Assembly: GCA_003215315.1 (NCBI GenBank)
Contig: QCKO01000005.1
Span: 23,813 to 87,812 of the forward strand
Origin: Prochlorococcus sp. AG-409-P19
Lineage (GTDB): Bacteria; Cyanobacteriota; Cyanobacteriia; PCC-6307; Cyanobiaceae
Length of the DNA stretch: 64,000 nt
Direction: 5' to 3'
Shown here: piece by piece, positions 39,039-50,075 of the stretch
How the letters are laid out: the number at the start of each line of letters is the position of its first letter
Position numbering within the stretch: the stretch's first letter is position 1
The notes under the pieces: generated by a model
The model's input: the letters and a program-made list of their open reading frames with translations, nothing else
Databases searched by the model: none
What the model was told of the DNA's origin: nothing
Translations under genes and position numbers: made by a program

Positions 39039-41558
39039 ATGAGCAGCTCCCAGTCATTCGATCTGCGCCTGCCAACCCCAGGCTGCTATGCAGATCCTGT
39101 TAGAGCAGGTATGGATGCTGATGCGGTCTTCGATGGAATGACCGAACATCTTTTTTTCACTCTTGGGAAGCTCGCTACTTCGGCAAGTCTTAGAGACCTT
39201 TATATGGCTCTGAGTTATGCAGTAAGGGATCGTTTAATGAGTAGATATTTAACAAGTCAAGAAACAATTCGAGCAAAACCACAAAAAACAGTCGCTTATT
39301 TATCAGCAGAATTTCTTATTGGCCCACAGTTGCATAACAATCTTTTAAACCTTGGTATAAAAAAAGAAGCCGAAAAAGCCTTAAAAAGATTTGGGATTGA
39401 GTCTCTTAGCGATATTCTCGAAGTAGAAGAAGAGCCTGGATTAGGTAATGGAGGACTAGGCAGACTAGCCGCCTGTTATATGGAATCTCTTGCTAGTCTT
39501 CAAGTCCCAGCAGTGGGATATGGGATTAGATATGAATTTGGAATCTTCAATCAATTAATTAGAGATGGTTGGCAGGTAGAAGTTACTGATAAATGGCTTA
39601 AAGGAGGTTGGCCATGGGAATTGCCTCAACCTGATGAATCTTGCTTAGTTGGCTTTGGTGGGCAAACAGAGAGTTATGTAGATGATCAAGGGAAGTATCG
39701 ATCAAGGTGGATACCGACAGAGCATGCGATTGGTGTACCACATGACGTTCCAGTTCTAGGGTACAAAGTTAATAGCTGTGATCGTTTAAGGCTTTGGAGA
39801 GCAGACGCAACGGAAAGTTTCGATTTTTATGCATTCAATATTGGTGATTATTACGGAGCTGTTGAAGAAAAAGTTGCTTCTGAAACTCTCTCTAAAGTGC
39901 TCTATCCAAATGACGGGACTGATGAAGGACGAAGATTACGCTTAAAACAACAACACTTTTTTGTTAGTTGTTCACTCCAAGATATGCTTCGAAGTCTTGA
40001 AAAGCGTGGAATAAGTATTGAAGAATTCTCAAATCATTGGACAGTTCAATTAAATGACACCCACCCAGCAATTGCAGTTGCTGAACTAATGAGATTATTA
40101 ATTGATCAATACAGATTAGAATGGGACAAGGCTTGGGAAATAACTAATAGATCTGTTGCATATACAAACCACACATTGCTTCCTGAAGCATTAGAAAAAT
40201 GGGACTTAACTTTATTCAGAAACTTATTGCCTCGTCATTTAGAATTAATTTATGAAATCAATAGAAGGTTCCTACAACAAGTAAGACTAAAATATCCTGG
40301 AAACGATCTAATTCTGCGAAAACTTTCAATAATTGACGAAGAAGGTGGAAAAGCGGTTCGAATGGCACATCTCGCAACAATTGGCGCACATCATGTAAAT
40401 GGCGTCGCCGCTCTTCATTCAGATTTAATCAAACGTCAATTATTACCAGAATTTGCTGAATTATGGCCAGAGAAATTTACAAATGTAACCAATGGTGTAA
40501 CGCCTAGACGATGGATAGCACTCTCCAATCCTGATCTTTCAAAATTATTAGATCAAGAAGTTGGACCAAATTGGATTACAAACATGGATCTACTTAAGGA
40601 TCTTGAGAAAAAAGAAAATGATACCAATTTCCTAAACCTTTTTGCTGCCACAAAATTATCTGGAAAAAGGAAATTAGCTGGCTATATACATAGACAAACA
40701 GGCGTATTAGTTGATCCAACAAGTTTATTTGATGTTCAAGTTAAGCGAATCCATCAATACAAAAGACAACACTTGAATGCACTTCAAGTAATTGCACAAT
40801 ATATAAGAATCAAAAATGGATTAACAAAAAATATTGCCCCAAGAACAATTATTTTCGGAGGGAAGGCAGCTCCAGGATATTTCATGGCAAAATTAATGAT
40901 TAGGTTTATAAATGGTATATCAGATGTAGTAAATGCTGACCCTGATATGGAAGGTCTACTAAGAGTAGTTTTCCTTCCTGATTACAATGTAAAACTTGGA
41001 GAGCAAGTTTATCCAGCAACTGATCTTTCGGAACAAATATCGACTGCAGGTAAAGAAGCGTCTGGTACAGGGAATATGAAATTTGCGATGAATGGAGCAT
41101 TAACGATTGGTACTCTAGATGGTGCAAATATTGAAATACGCGAAAAAGTTGGACAGAAAAACTTCTTTCTGTTTGGTAAAACAGAAAGTGAAATAATGCA
41201 ATTAAGAAATGAAGGATATCATCCATCTGAATATATAAATAACTCTATAGAATTACAAGAAACTTTAAAATTAATTGAAGTAGGTCATTTCAGTAATGGT
41301 GATAGTGAACTTTTCCGACCAATCCTCAATATTCTCACTGGTAGTGATCCATTCTTTGTAATGGCTGATTTTGCAGATTACCTGCGAGCACAAGATGAGG
41401 TAAGCAAAGCATGGAAAAAGTCAGAAAAATGGAATCGAATGGCTTTATTAAATACAGCCAGATCAGGATTCTTCTCTTCTGATCGTTCTATTCGTGAATA
41501 CTGTCAATCCATTTGGAAAGTTAAACCACTCCCAGTAGAAATAACTTGCGAAGTGTAG
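39039..41558 (+). CDS. glgP: Glycogen phosphorylase
   Basis: LGNGGLGRLAAC, LYPND, QLNDTHP, YTNHT, NGVTPRRW, and the PLP site EASGTGNMK. Confidence 0.98.
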   Translation: MSSSQSFDLRLPTPGCYADPVRAGMDADAVFDGMTEHLFFTLGKLATSASLRDLYMALSYAVRDRLMSRYLTSQETIRAKPQKTVAYLSAEFLIGPQLHNNLLNLGIKKEAEKALKRFGIESLSDILEVEEEPGLGNGGLGRLAACYMESLASLQVPAVGYGIRYEFGIFNQLIRDGWQVEVTDKWLKGGWPWELPQPDESCLVGFGGQTESYVDDQGKYRSRWIPTEHAIGVPHDVPVLGYKVNSCDRLRLWRADATESFDFYAFNIGDYYGAVEEKVASETLSKVLYPNDGTDEGRRLRLKQQHFFVSCSLQDMLRSLEKRGISIEEFSNHWTVQLNDTHPAIAVAELMRLLIDQYRLEWDKAWEITNRSVAYTNHTLLPEALEKWDLTLFRNLLPRHLELIYEINRRFLQQVRLKYPGNDLILRKLSIIDEEGGKAVRMAHLATIGAHHVNGVAALHSDLIKRQLLPEFAELWPEKFTNVTNGVTPRRWIALSNPDLSKLLDQEVGPNWITNMDLLKDLEKKENDTNFLNLFAATKLSGKRKLAGYIHRQTGVLVDPTSLFDVQVKRIHQYKRQHLNALQVIAQYIRIKNGLTKNIAPRTIIFGGKAAPGYFMAKLMIRFINGISDVVNADPDMEGLLRVVFLPDYNVKLGEQVYPATDLSEQISTAGKEASGTGNMKFAMNGALTIGTLDGANIEIREKVGQKNFFLFGKTESEIMQLRNEGYHPSEYINNSIELQETLKLIEVGHFSNGDSELFRPILNILTGSDPFFVMADFADYLRAQDEVSKAWKKSEKWNRMALLNTARSGFFSSDRSIREYCQSIWKVKPLPVEITCEV

Positions 41559-41577
41559 TTCAAAGTAAAAAATTTAG

Positions 41578-42036
41578 CTAATTTCGATCAGGCAAATCAG
41601 GGGTTTGATGTAATAATCTATTTAATCTCAATCTATCAGCATTTAAGGGGTCAGGAGCTAATTCACCAGCCATTTCTTTGAATTTACTTTCTATTTCTTC
41701 TGGTACTTTGACATCAAAGATCCTCTCCATTAAAGCTTCAATAGAAAATAAATGTGCATTGATATTCTCTAAGTCTGTTATAACTTGATTTAAAGAATTA
41801 GATGAACGTTCAACTACTGGACCCGTTGATAAATCATCAGTTTTAGTAATTAAATTTTTTTGATTATTGTGTTTCTGTAAATCTTCCAGTACTCGACCAC
41901 ATAATGTTCTGAATGACTGTAAAGCAGCCCAATTAACCTCTTGTTGTTGTCGAAGAGTAGGGCACTCCCTTATCAAACGGTCATGTTCTCTATAGAACCT
42001 TTGACAGTCAGGACATTGACATGGCTCTTCAGGCAC
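41578..42036 (-). CDS. Conserved hypothetical protein with N-terminal CxCxxC
   Basis: 152-aa ORF beginning EPCQCPDCQRFYREHDRL. Confidence 0.78.
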   Translation of the reverse strand: MPEEPCQCPDCQRFYREHDRLIRECPTLRQQQEVNWAALQSFRTLCGRVLEDLQKHNNQKNLITKTDDLSTGPVVERSSNSLNQVITDLENINAHLFSIEALMERIFDVKVPEEIESKFKEMAGELAPDPLNADRLRLNRLLHQTPDLPDRN

Positions 42037-42074
42037 CTTAATTCAAGGCAACTTATTATCTATCATTACATCTA

Positions 42075-42413
42075 CTAGGCCGCTAAAGGTGGTTCGCCCT
42101 TAAAAAGATCTTCTCCTTCATCTTTCTCTCCGCTATCTATGCTATCTGGGAGAGGGATCTCGACACTTGTAACCACCTGTATAACATCTCTTAATCTCAT
42201 GGAATCAGCAAACCATCCCATAGCCTGTTCAGCATCTCCTCTCCTCTCGGCATCACTAGCTTGATCCTCATGAGCTTCCGCCAAAAGAGCTAACCAACAT
42301 AAACATCTGGCTTGAACCACCGAAAGATCTAAATCGGTAGGTTGAGACTTAGCGATTTGCTCACTCTCCTGTTGAACAAGAAGACGCAAACGAAGATCGT
42401 GAAGCTGTGTCAT
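42075..42413 (-). CDS. Conserved hypothetical protein
   Basis: Helical ORF with QARCLCWLALLAEAHE and QAMGWFADSMRL, familiar from picocyanobacteria. Confidence 0.78.
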   Translation of the reverse strand: MTQLHDLRLRLLVQQESEQIAKSQPTDLDLSVVQARCLCWLALLAEAHEDQASDAERRGDAEQAMGWFADSMRLRDVIQVVTSVEIPLPDSIDSGEKDEGEDLFKGEPPLAA

Positions 42414-42510
42414 CAAGACTCATTCACTTAACTTACGCTAGCGAGAGAGTAAGAATTGTGCACATCCACCACATATAGGATCACAATTTGTTTTCCTTTG
42501 TGATTTTTTA

Positions 42511-42584
<74 letters not shown>

Positions 42585-42619
42585 ACTGGTGAGAATTATG
42601 CCTTGCGGCATGATGGAGT

Positions 42620-43029
42620 ATGAAAGCAGGAGAGGTGATCGCAATTAAGTTTGAATACCCTATGTGGAACAAACTTAATTGAGGAAAGTCCGGGCTCCCT
42701 AATGGTCAGGCTTGCTGGGTAATTCCCAGTGCGGGTGACCGTGAGGATAGTGCCACAGAAATACACCGCCGATGACTGTTGGGAAATCCCAACAAGAACA
42801 GGCAAGGGTGCAAGGGTGCGGTAAGAGCGCACCAGCAGCATTGAGAAGTGCTGGCTAGGTAAACCCCGGCTGGGAGCAAGGCAAAGGAACTAGGGACGAC
42901 CATATGCCTGGTTTCTAACTTCAAGCCGCTAGAGGCTATCGGCAACGATAGTCCCAGATAGATGATCACCCATTCACTTTTTCATTGATCAAATGAATGA
43001 ACAGAACCCGGCTTACGCCCTGCTTTCAT
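42620..43029 (+). ncRNA. rnpB: RNase P RNA (bacterial class A)
   Basis: Universal motifs GAGGAAAGTCCGGGCT, AGTGCCACAGAAA, GGTAAACCCC and ACAGAACCCGGCTTA; P1 helix ATGAAAGCAGG/CCTGCTTTCAT. Confidence 0.97.
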
Positions 43030-43082
43030 ATTTTTCCACTAACAATAACAATAATCATGAAACATCTCTAAAATAATTAAAA

Positions 43083-43868
43083 ATGAAAACTAATAACAAG
43101 AATAAACTTTCTCGAGAAAGAATCAAAGCAATAAGGGATTTCATTAATAGTTTAAAGTTAACCAATTCATCTATAGAAAAACTAAATATTTTTCAACTCA
43201 AAAATTATATAATCATCAATCAAGCACTTACTCATTGTTCAGCAAGTTCACCCAATAATTATGAAAAACTTGAGTTCAAAGGTGATGCTGTCTTGAGATT
43301 AATTGCATCTGAATTTATTGAAAATAATTACCCTGAAATGAATGTAGGAGAAAGATCAGAGCTACGTTCTCAACTTGTAAGTGATAACTGGTTAGCCAAT
43401 GTTGGGGAACAAATAGGTATTTTCAACGTGATTCTTATTGGAGCAAAAACATTGGGCGATCATTCAGCTAAATCAACTATTCAAGCAGAGGCAACAGAAG
43501 CATTAATTGGAGCACTTTATGAATGCTTAAAAGATCTTGATTCGCTTCAACAATGGTTATGCCCTTATTGGCTAGAAGCAAGCAATAAAGTACTAGCAGA
43601 TCCTCATAAAAAAAATTATAAATCAGCTCTACAGGAATGGAGTCAAGGTAAAGGTTTTTTATTACCTGATTACAAAACAGATGAACAATCTCAGAAACAT
43701 GGTTATGAGAAACGTTTTATTGCTAGCGTTTTCATTAAAGGTAAACTAATAGCCCAAGGATGGGGAGGGTCTAGAAAAGCCGCTGAAAAAGAGGCTGCCC
43801 ATAATGCCCTCATAACGATCGAAAAAACAAACAAAGAGTTGCTTATCAATAATTCAACTAAAAGCTAA
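43083..43868 (+). CDS. rnc: Ribonuclease III
   Basis: ALTH.S, YEKLEFKGDAVL, EALIGALY, and a dsRBD with NYKSALQEW and G.SRKAAEKEAA. Confidence 0.92.
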   Translation: MKTNNKNKLSRERIKAIRDFINSLKLTNSSIEKLNIFQLKNYIIINQALTHCSASSPNNYEKLEFKGDAVLRLIASEFIENNYPEMNVGERSELRSQLVSDNWLANVGEQIGIFNVILIGAKTLGDHSAKSTIQAEATEALIGALYECLKDLDSLQQWLCPYWLEASNKVLADPHKKNYKSALQEWSQGKGFLLPDYKTDEQSQKHGYEKRFIASVFIKGKLIAQGWGGSRKAAEKEAAHNALITIEKTNKELLINNSTKS

Positions 43869-43880
43869 AAAGAGTGGGAT

Positions 43881-44066
43881 TTACGATTGTTCAAGATCTT
43901 TCACTGGCATAGTTAATAATTTATCCCAATTACCACCTTCAAAAAGTACTGCTGCTTTATCGCCGCTAATACGTTGGACAAACCCTGTATAGCCATAATA
44001 AATAGACTGGTTATTATTGACCTTGACTGTTGCTCCTGGCAAGATAGGATTCTCTGAATTAGTCAT
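43881..44066 (-). CDS. ndhS: NDH-1 subunit S
   Basis: ILPGATVKV, SIYYGYTGFVQRIS, AAVLFEGGNWDKL. Confidence 0.95.
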   Translation of the reverse strand: MTNSENPILPGATVKVNNNQSIYYGYTGFVQRISGDKAAVLFEGGNWDKLLTMPVKDLEQS

Positions 44067-44117
44067 AAAGATAGTTTTTATCCATAGATTAATAATCTAA
44101 TCAACAACCTATGCAAA

Positions 44118-44648
44118 ATGAATGAAGAAAATAATTGGCTAGAAGTTGGAAACCTGGTAGCACCTCATGGCTTAAGAGGGGAAATCAGAGTGAATCCAAG
44201 CAGTGACTTCCCAGAACGGTTTACTAAACCTGGGATACGGTGGCTTCAAAAGGGGTTGGAATCACCGTCTCAAATAGAGTTAACCTCTGGGAAACAAATA
44301 CCTGGGAAAAGTATTTATGTGGTTTCTTTCAGAGGAATTAATGATCGTCAAGCCGCAGAAACTTTAATTGGGCAAAAAGTACTTGTTTTAGCAAGCGACA
44401 GGCCTTCTTTAAATGCAAACGAATTCCATTTTTTAGATCTATTAGGAATGGAAGTACGATTAGAGGAAGATGAGTTACCTTTAGGGCATATCACAAATTT
44501 AATTAATGGAGGGAATGACCTACTAGAGATAGAGTTAATAGAAGGGAAAAAAATTTTAGTGCCTTTCGTGAAGGAAATTGTCCCTGAAATCAAGTTAAAA
44601 CAGAAATGGTTGAAAATCACTCCACCTCCAGGCCTACTCGAACTATAA
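44118..44648 (+). CDS. rimM: Ribosome maturation factor RimM
   Basis: VG.LVAPHGLRGEIRV, EFH.LDL.G, ND.LE, LVPFV. Confidence 0.94.
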   Translation: MNEENNWLEVGNLVAPHGLRGEIRVNPSSDFPERFTKPGIRWLQKGLESPSQIELTSGKQIPGKSIYVVSFRGINDRQAAETLIGQKVLVLASDRPSLNANEFHFLDLLGMEVRLEEDELPLGHITNLINGGNDLLEIELIEGKKILVPFVKEIVPEIKLKQKWLKITPPPGLLEL

Positions 44649-44688
44649 AAAGCTACAACCCACAACAATCTTTGATTCTGCAAAAAAC

Positions 44689-46143
44689 GTGACAGCCAAC
44701 TCTCTTATTCCAGTAATACTTTGTGGTGGCTCAGGAACAAGACTATGGCCTTTATCAAGAGCCAGCTATCCAAAGCAATATTTAGCATTAAATACACAAA
44801 CGAAGAAATCCTTACTACAGCAAACGCAAGAAAGACTTCTAGGATTAAAAGGTTTATGCGATCCGTTATTAATCTGTCATGAAGAACACAGATTCATAGT
44901 CGCAGAACAAATGCGACAAATAAATATTGTGCCAAAAGAGATAATTCTTGAACCTATAGGAAGAAATACAGCTCCAGCAATTACAGTTGCAGCACTCCAA
45001 GCAACTTTGCGAGGTGAAGACCCATTATTATTAGTTTTATCAGCAGATCACGAAATTAGAGATGTTAATGAATTCTTAAAAGTTATCGAAGAAGGTAAAA
45101 ATTATGCAAACAAAGGTCGCTTAGTCACATTTGGGATAGTGCCTAGAAGCCCTGAGACTGGTTATGGCTATATAGAAGCAACAAAGCCTTTAAATCAAAA
45201 TGAAATTAAAGGCCTACCAATAGCAAAATTCATTGAAAAACCCAACAAGAAAAAAGCTCAGCAACTCATAAAAGATAATCGTTTTACATGGAATAGCGGG
45301 ATGTTTCTTTTTAAGGCCAGTGCAATTCTTAGTGAATTAGAGAGACTTGCACCAGAAATAGTGAGCTGTTGTAGAACAGCAATTGAAGAAGATTTCGCTG
45401 ATTTAGATTTCTTAAGGCTAGAAAGAGAATCTTTTATGCGGTGTCCCAAAAAGTCCATTGATGTTGCAGTAATGGAAAAAACTGAATTAGGAACAGTTCT
45501 TCCTCTAAATGCAGGTTGGAACGATATCGGAAGCTGGAAAGCTCTTTGGGAAAGTTCCAATAAAAATAATGACGGGAATCTACTTAGCGGACGAGTGATA
45601 GCTGAAAGTAGTAAAGATTGTTATTTAAGAAGTGAATATAGATTAATTGTTGGTATTGGCATAGAAAATCTCGTAGTTGTTGAAACTAATGATGCTGTAT
45701 TAATTGCCAATAGAGATCATTCACAAAATGTTCGAAAAATTGTTGAAATATTAGATAAAGAAGGAGGAACAGAAGGTAAAGCACATAGAAAGATTTATAG
45801 ACCCTGGGGGAACTACACTTCTATAGTTTCAGGAAATAGATGGCAGGTGAAATTGATAAAGGTCAAGCCTAATTCTTCTCTATCACTACAAATGCACCAT
45901 CATCGTGCAGAACATTGGATAGTAGTCAAAGGAACAGCACTAATAGAGAAGGATGGATGCGAACAATTATTGAGTGAAAATGAAAGTACTTTTATACCTC
46001 TTGGTTGTAAACATAGATTAACTAATCCTGGCAAAATGACTCTTGAATTAATTGAGGTTCAAAGTGGAGCATATTTGAATGAAGACGATATAATCAGATT
46101 CGAGGATTCATACGGAAGAATTAACAAGAAAATTAAAACATAA
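44689..46143 (+). CDS. manC: Mannose-1-phosphate guanylyltransferase / mannose-6-phosphate isomerase
   Basis: LCGGSGTRLWPLSR, EP.GRNTAPA, PETGYGY, WNSGMF, RPWG, LSLQMHHHRAEHW. Confidence 0.96.
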   Translation: MTANSLIPVILCGGSGTRLWPLSRASYPKQYLALNTQTKKSLLQQTQERLLGLKGLCDPLLICHEEHRFIVAEQMRQINIVPKEIILEPIGRNTAPAITVAALQATLRGEDPLLLVLSADHEIRDVNEFLKVIEEGKNYANKGRLVTFGIVPRSPETGYGYIEATKPLNQNEIKGLPIAKFIEKPNKKKAQQLIKDNRFTWNSGMFLFKASAILSELERLAPEIVSCCRTAIEEDFADLDFLRLERESFMRCPKKSIDVAVMEKTELGTVLPLNAGWNDIGSWKALWESSNKNNDGNLLSGRVIAESSKDCYLRSEYRLIVGIGIENLVVVETNDAVLIANRDHSQNVRKIVEILDKEGGTEGKAHRKIYRPWGNYTSIVSGNRWQVKLIKVKPNSSLSLQMHHHRAEHWIVVKGTALIEKDGCEQLLSENESTFIPLGCKHRLTNPGKMTLELIEVQSGAYLNEDDIIRFEDSYGRINKKIKT

Positions 46144-48048
46144 TTACTCAACAGTTACACTTTTCGCTAAATTTCTTGGTTGATCAACATCTAAGCCCTT
46201 ATGAGCTGCTATATGATAACTAAATAATTGAAGCGGAATAATGCTAAGCAGTGGGCTAATCCATTCACTTGATAAAGGTATTGCAAGCAAAGTATCAAAT
46301 AAGTCTGTATCAAAAGACTGCGGACATACTCCAATCAACTGTGCATCTCTTGCTTTTGCTTCTTGAGAATTACTTAAAACCTTTTCATAAACTTTACCAG
46401 GAACAGCAATAGATACTACGGGAACATGACGATCTAATAATGCTATCGGACCATGTTTAAGTTCTCCCGCAGGATAACCTTGAGCATGAATATAACTTAT
46501 TTCTTTTAATTTCAATGCACCTTCAAGGGCAATTGGATAATTAATACCCCTACCTAAGAAAATTACATCCTGAGTATCTACAAATTTATAAGCTAAGGAT
46601 TCTGCAAGTTTGTCATGATGTAAGACTAATTTTCTTAATTGTTCAGGTAATAACCTTAATTCGTTAATAAGTTCAGATATTTCATTGGAAGAGCGTTTAT
46701 TTTTTCTTGAAGCAAAAAGGATGGCTAATCCATAAAATGACAACATCTGAGCAAGAAAAGTCTTAGTAGCTGCAACTCCTATTTCAATACCGGCTCCAAT
46801 ATCAATAATATTTTGTACTTGGCGTCCTAAAGAACTATTAGGTCTATTAGTAATGCCTAATTGATTAGAGACAAACTTAGGATCTTTTTGTAAAGATCTT
46901 CTTTCATTTTCCATGGCCAAAGCCGCTAAAGTATCTGCTGTTTCGCCGGATTGACTCACACCTATGGTCAGAGTATTTGGAATTAGTGGAGGAGGATTAT
47001 ATCTAAATTCACTTGCATAATAAACTGTAGTTGGAATACCTGAAAATTGCTCCAATAAATAGGCACCAACCATTGCGGCATGCCGACTAGTACCACAAGC
47101 GAGAATTTGAATCTGTTCTAATGAGTTAATTAAAGATTCTTGAATCTGAAAATCAATAAAAGAGTTAATAAAATTGTCATCATTGCAATACCTATCTAGC
47201 CACATTTCAACAATATCTGGTTGTTCATGAATCTCTTTAAGCATGAAATGCTTAAAGTGTTTTTTATCAGCAATCTGATCAAAACCATTAATCAAGGTAG
47301 GTGTTCTTTGATTACGCTGACCTAAAGAATCAAATAATTCAATCCCAATTGGGGTTAATAACGCAATTTCATTATCTTCTAATGGTAAAACTGTTCGTGT
47401 AAAAGGTAATAACGCGGGAGTATCACTCGCACAAAAAAATTCTCCTTCACCAAAACCAATTAGCAACGGAGCATTTCGCCTGGCCACGACCAAGACATCT
47501 GGACATTGCAACCAAATCACAGCGATTGCATAAGTACCTTTAAGTAAAGGCAAAACAGATTGAACAGCCTTTAAAAAAGTAGATCGATTTTGAGCAAGAC
47601 CCTGGCTCAAATATTTTTCTAACTGAATACTAATCAAATGAGGAATAACTTCTGTATCTGTTTGAGATGAAAATTGAATACCTTGAGATATGAGCTGTTT
47701 CCTTAATTCAATATGGTTTTCAATAATCCCATTTTGTACTAATGCAATTTTTCCAGACCTATCAAGATGCGGATGAGCATTTTTGATCTCTGGTTTTCCA
47801 TGTGTTGCCCAACGAGTGTGACCTATACCTAAACGACCTTTTGCTCCATCTTTGTTAACTAATCCTTCAAGATTAATCAATTTTCCCTTCGCTTTACGAG
47901 TCGTTAAAACAGCATCTTCTTTATTATTCGTTACTTCAATTGTTGCTAAGCCTGCAGAATCATAACCCCTATATTCCAGATGCCTAAGTCCTTCAAGAAG
48001 CAAAGGGGATGCTTCTCTTGAACCAATCACAGCAACTATTCCACACAT
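46144..48048 (-). CDS. glmS: Glutamine--fructose-6-phosphate transaminase
   Basis: MCGIV, LEYRGYDSAG, GHTRWATHG, SQSGETADT, ALKLKEISY, PRNLAKSVTVE. Confidence 0.98.
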   Translation of the reverse strand: MCGIVAVIGSREASPLLLEGLRHLEYRGYDSAGLATIEVTNNKEDAVLTTRKAKGKLINLEGLVNKDGAKGRLGIGHTRWATHGKPEIKNAHPHLDRSGKIALVQNGIIENHIELRKQLISQGIQFSSQTDTEVIPHLISIQLEKYLSQGLAQNRSTFLKAVQSVLPLLKGTYAIAVIWLQCPDVLVVARRNAPLLIGFGEGEFFCASDTPALLPFTRTVLPLEDNEIALLTPIGIELFDSLGQRNQRTPTLINGFDQIADKKHFKHFMLKEIHEQPDIVEMWLDRYCNDDNFINSFIDFQIQESLINSLEQIQILACGTSRHAAMVGAYLLEQFSGIPTTVYYASEFRYNPPPLIPNTLTIGVSQSGETADTLAALAMENERRSLQKDPKFVSNQLGITNRPNSSLGRQVQNIIDIGAGIEIGVAATKTFLAQMLSFYGLAILFASRKNKRSSNEISELINELRLLPEQLRKLVLHHDKLAESLAYKFVDTQDVIFLGRGINYPIALEGALKLKEISYIHAQGYPAGELKHGPIALLDRHVPVVSIAVPGKVYEKVLSNSQEAKARDAQLIGVCPQSFDTDLFDTLLAIPLSSEWISPLLSIIPLQLFSYHIAAHKGLDVDQPRNLAKSVTVE

Positions 48049-48149
48049 AGAAAAACAAAGTATGAAAAATTAAAAATATGTACCTAATCAAACTATAAGA
48101 TCAATACAATTTTATTAAGAAAATAAACAACTCAAGTAAAAATATATGC

Positions 48150-48401
<252 letters not shown>

Positions 48402-48532
48402 CTACCGCATTTTTCCTGGTTGTAAAAACTATACCCAGATTTGTGCCGCTTAATAAAAAAAAGTTGCATTGCCGTCACTTTTGTTAACTAGACACTTGAG
48501 CCCGTAGGATTAGTAGTCTGGTTTTAAAGGTT

Positions 48533-48772
48533 ATGTCTGAAGCAATCCTTGAAAAAGTTCGTTCTATCGTTGCAGAACAACTGAGCGTCGAAGCTAGTGA
48601 GGTCAAACCGGAATCAAATTTCCAGAATGATCTCGGAGCTGATTCTCTTGACACAGTCGAATTGGTCATGGCTCTTGAAGAAGCTTTTGACATTGAAATC
48701 CCTGACGAAGCTGCTGAAGGGATTGGCACTGTGGGTGACGCAGTCAAATACATAGAAGAACAAAAGGCCTGA
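48533..48772 (+). CDS. acpP: Acyl carrier protein
   Basis: [18 protein letters not shown] phosphopantetheine site. Confidence 0.98.
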   Translation: MSEAILEKVRSIVAEQLSVEASEVKPESNFQNDLGADSLDTVELVMALEEAFDIEIPDEAAEGIGTVGDAVKYIEEQKA

Positions 48773-48779
48773 GGATCAC

Positions 48780-50027
48780 ATGATGGAGAAACTCCATCGA
48801 GTTGTTGTCACAGGTATTGGTGCGATAACCCCTATTGGCAACAACATCGAAAGTTACCTTCAGGGGCTGCGATCTGGCCTAAATGGAGTTAAACCCATAA
48901 CTCTTTTTGATGCCTCATCGCATGCTTGTAGATTTGCTGCAGAGGTTAAAAATTTTGACCCTACTGGCAAACTTGAAGCAAAAGAATCCAAGCGATGGGA
49001 TCGCTTTTCAAAATTTGGTGTCATTGCTGCAAAAGAAGCACTGGCAGATTCAGGGTTAACCATTAACAGCTCTAATGCAAGTCGCATTGGAGTAATTATT
49101 GGTTCCGGTGTAGGAGGTCTCCTAACAATGGAAACTCAGGCGCATGTCCTAAATCAAAAAGGACCAGGACGAGTCAGTCCTTTCACCGTGCCTATGATGA
49201 TTCCAAATATGGCAACCGGACTTGCAGCTATTGCAATTGGAGCAAAAGGTCCAAGTTCGGCAGTATCAACAGCATGTGCTGCCGGTTCCAATGCAATAGG
49301 AGATGCTTTTAGGCTTTTGCAACTGGGCAAAGCTGATGCAATGATTTGCGGAGGAGCCGAAGCAAGTATTACCCCATTAGGAGTTGCTGGTTTTGCAAGC
49401 GCAAAAGCACTCTCCTTTAGAAATGATGATCCATCAATAGCAAGTAGACCTTTTGATGCCGAAAGAGATGGATTTGTAATAGGTGAAGGCTCAGGTGTTT
49501 TAGTACTTGAAACATTAAATGCTGCAGTAAAAAGAGGCGCAAATATTCATGCTGAAGTTATTGGTTATGGAACAACTTGTGATGCTCATCACATCACTTC
49601 ACCGACTCCAGGAGGAATAGGAGGAGCCGAAGCAATCAGTCTTGCTTTAGAAGATGGGCAACTTAATCCAGAAAATGTTGATTACATCAATGCGCATGGA
49701 ACAAGTACTTCAGCCAATGACAGCAATGAAACGGCAGCCATTAAAAGTGCTCTTGGTAATAGGGCATATCAAGTACCTGTAAGTTCAACAAAATCCATGA
49801 CGGGTCATCTTCTTGGTGGTTCAGGTGGCATAGAAGCCGTTGCTTGTGTATTAGCAATCAAACATGAAATAATTCCTCCAACAATAAATTATGCCAATCC
49901 AGACCCTGACTGTGATCTTGACTATGTGCCTAACACAGCAAGAGAAAAAAAATTGCATGTCGTACTTTCCAATTCATTCGGTTTTGGAGGTCATAATGTC
50001 TGCTTGGCTTTTAGAAAAATGATCTAA
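48780..50027 (+). CDS. fabF: Beta-ketoacyl-ACP synthase II
   Basis: RVVVTG.G, STACAAG, YINAHGTST, SSTKSMTGHLLG, SNSFGFGGHN. Confidence 0.97.
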   Translation: MMEKLHRVVVTGIGAITPIGNNIESYLQGLRSGLNGVKPITLFDASSHACRFAAEVKNFDPTGKLEAKESKRWDRFSKFGVIAAKEALADSGLTINSSNASRIGVIIGSGVGGLLTMETQAHVLNQKGPGRVSPFTVPMMIPNMATGLAAIAIGAKGPSSAVSTACAAGSNAIGDAFRLLQLGKADAMICGGAEASITPLGVAGFASAKALSFRNDDPSIASRPFDAERDGFVIGEGSGVLVLETLNAAVKRGANIHAEVIGYGTTCDAHHITSPTPGGIGGAEAISLALEDGQLNPENVDYINAHGTSTSANDSNETAAIKSALGNRAYQVPVSSTKSMTGHLLGGSGGIEAVACVLAIKHEIIPPTINYANPDPDCDLDYVPNTAREKKLHVVLSNSFGFGGHNVCLAFRKMI

Positions 50028-50075
50028 CTGATCTTTCCCCACTCTTCTTCAGTTCTCAACTACCCACTAATCACA

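Noticed and set aside
42596-42969. Two minus-strand ORFs (81 and 87 aa)
   Set aside because: Antisense to RNase P RNA; they arise from the GC-rich structural RNA.
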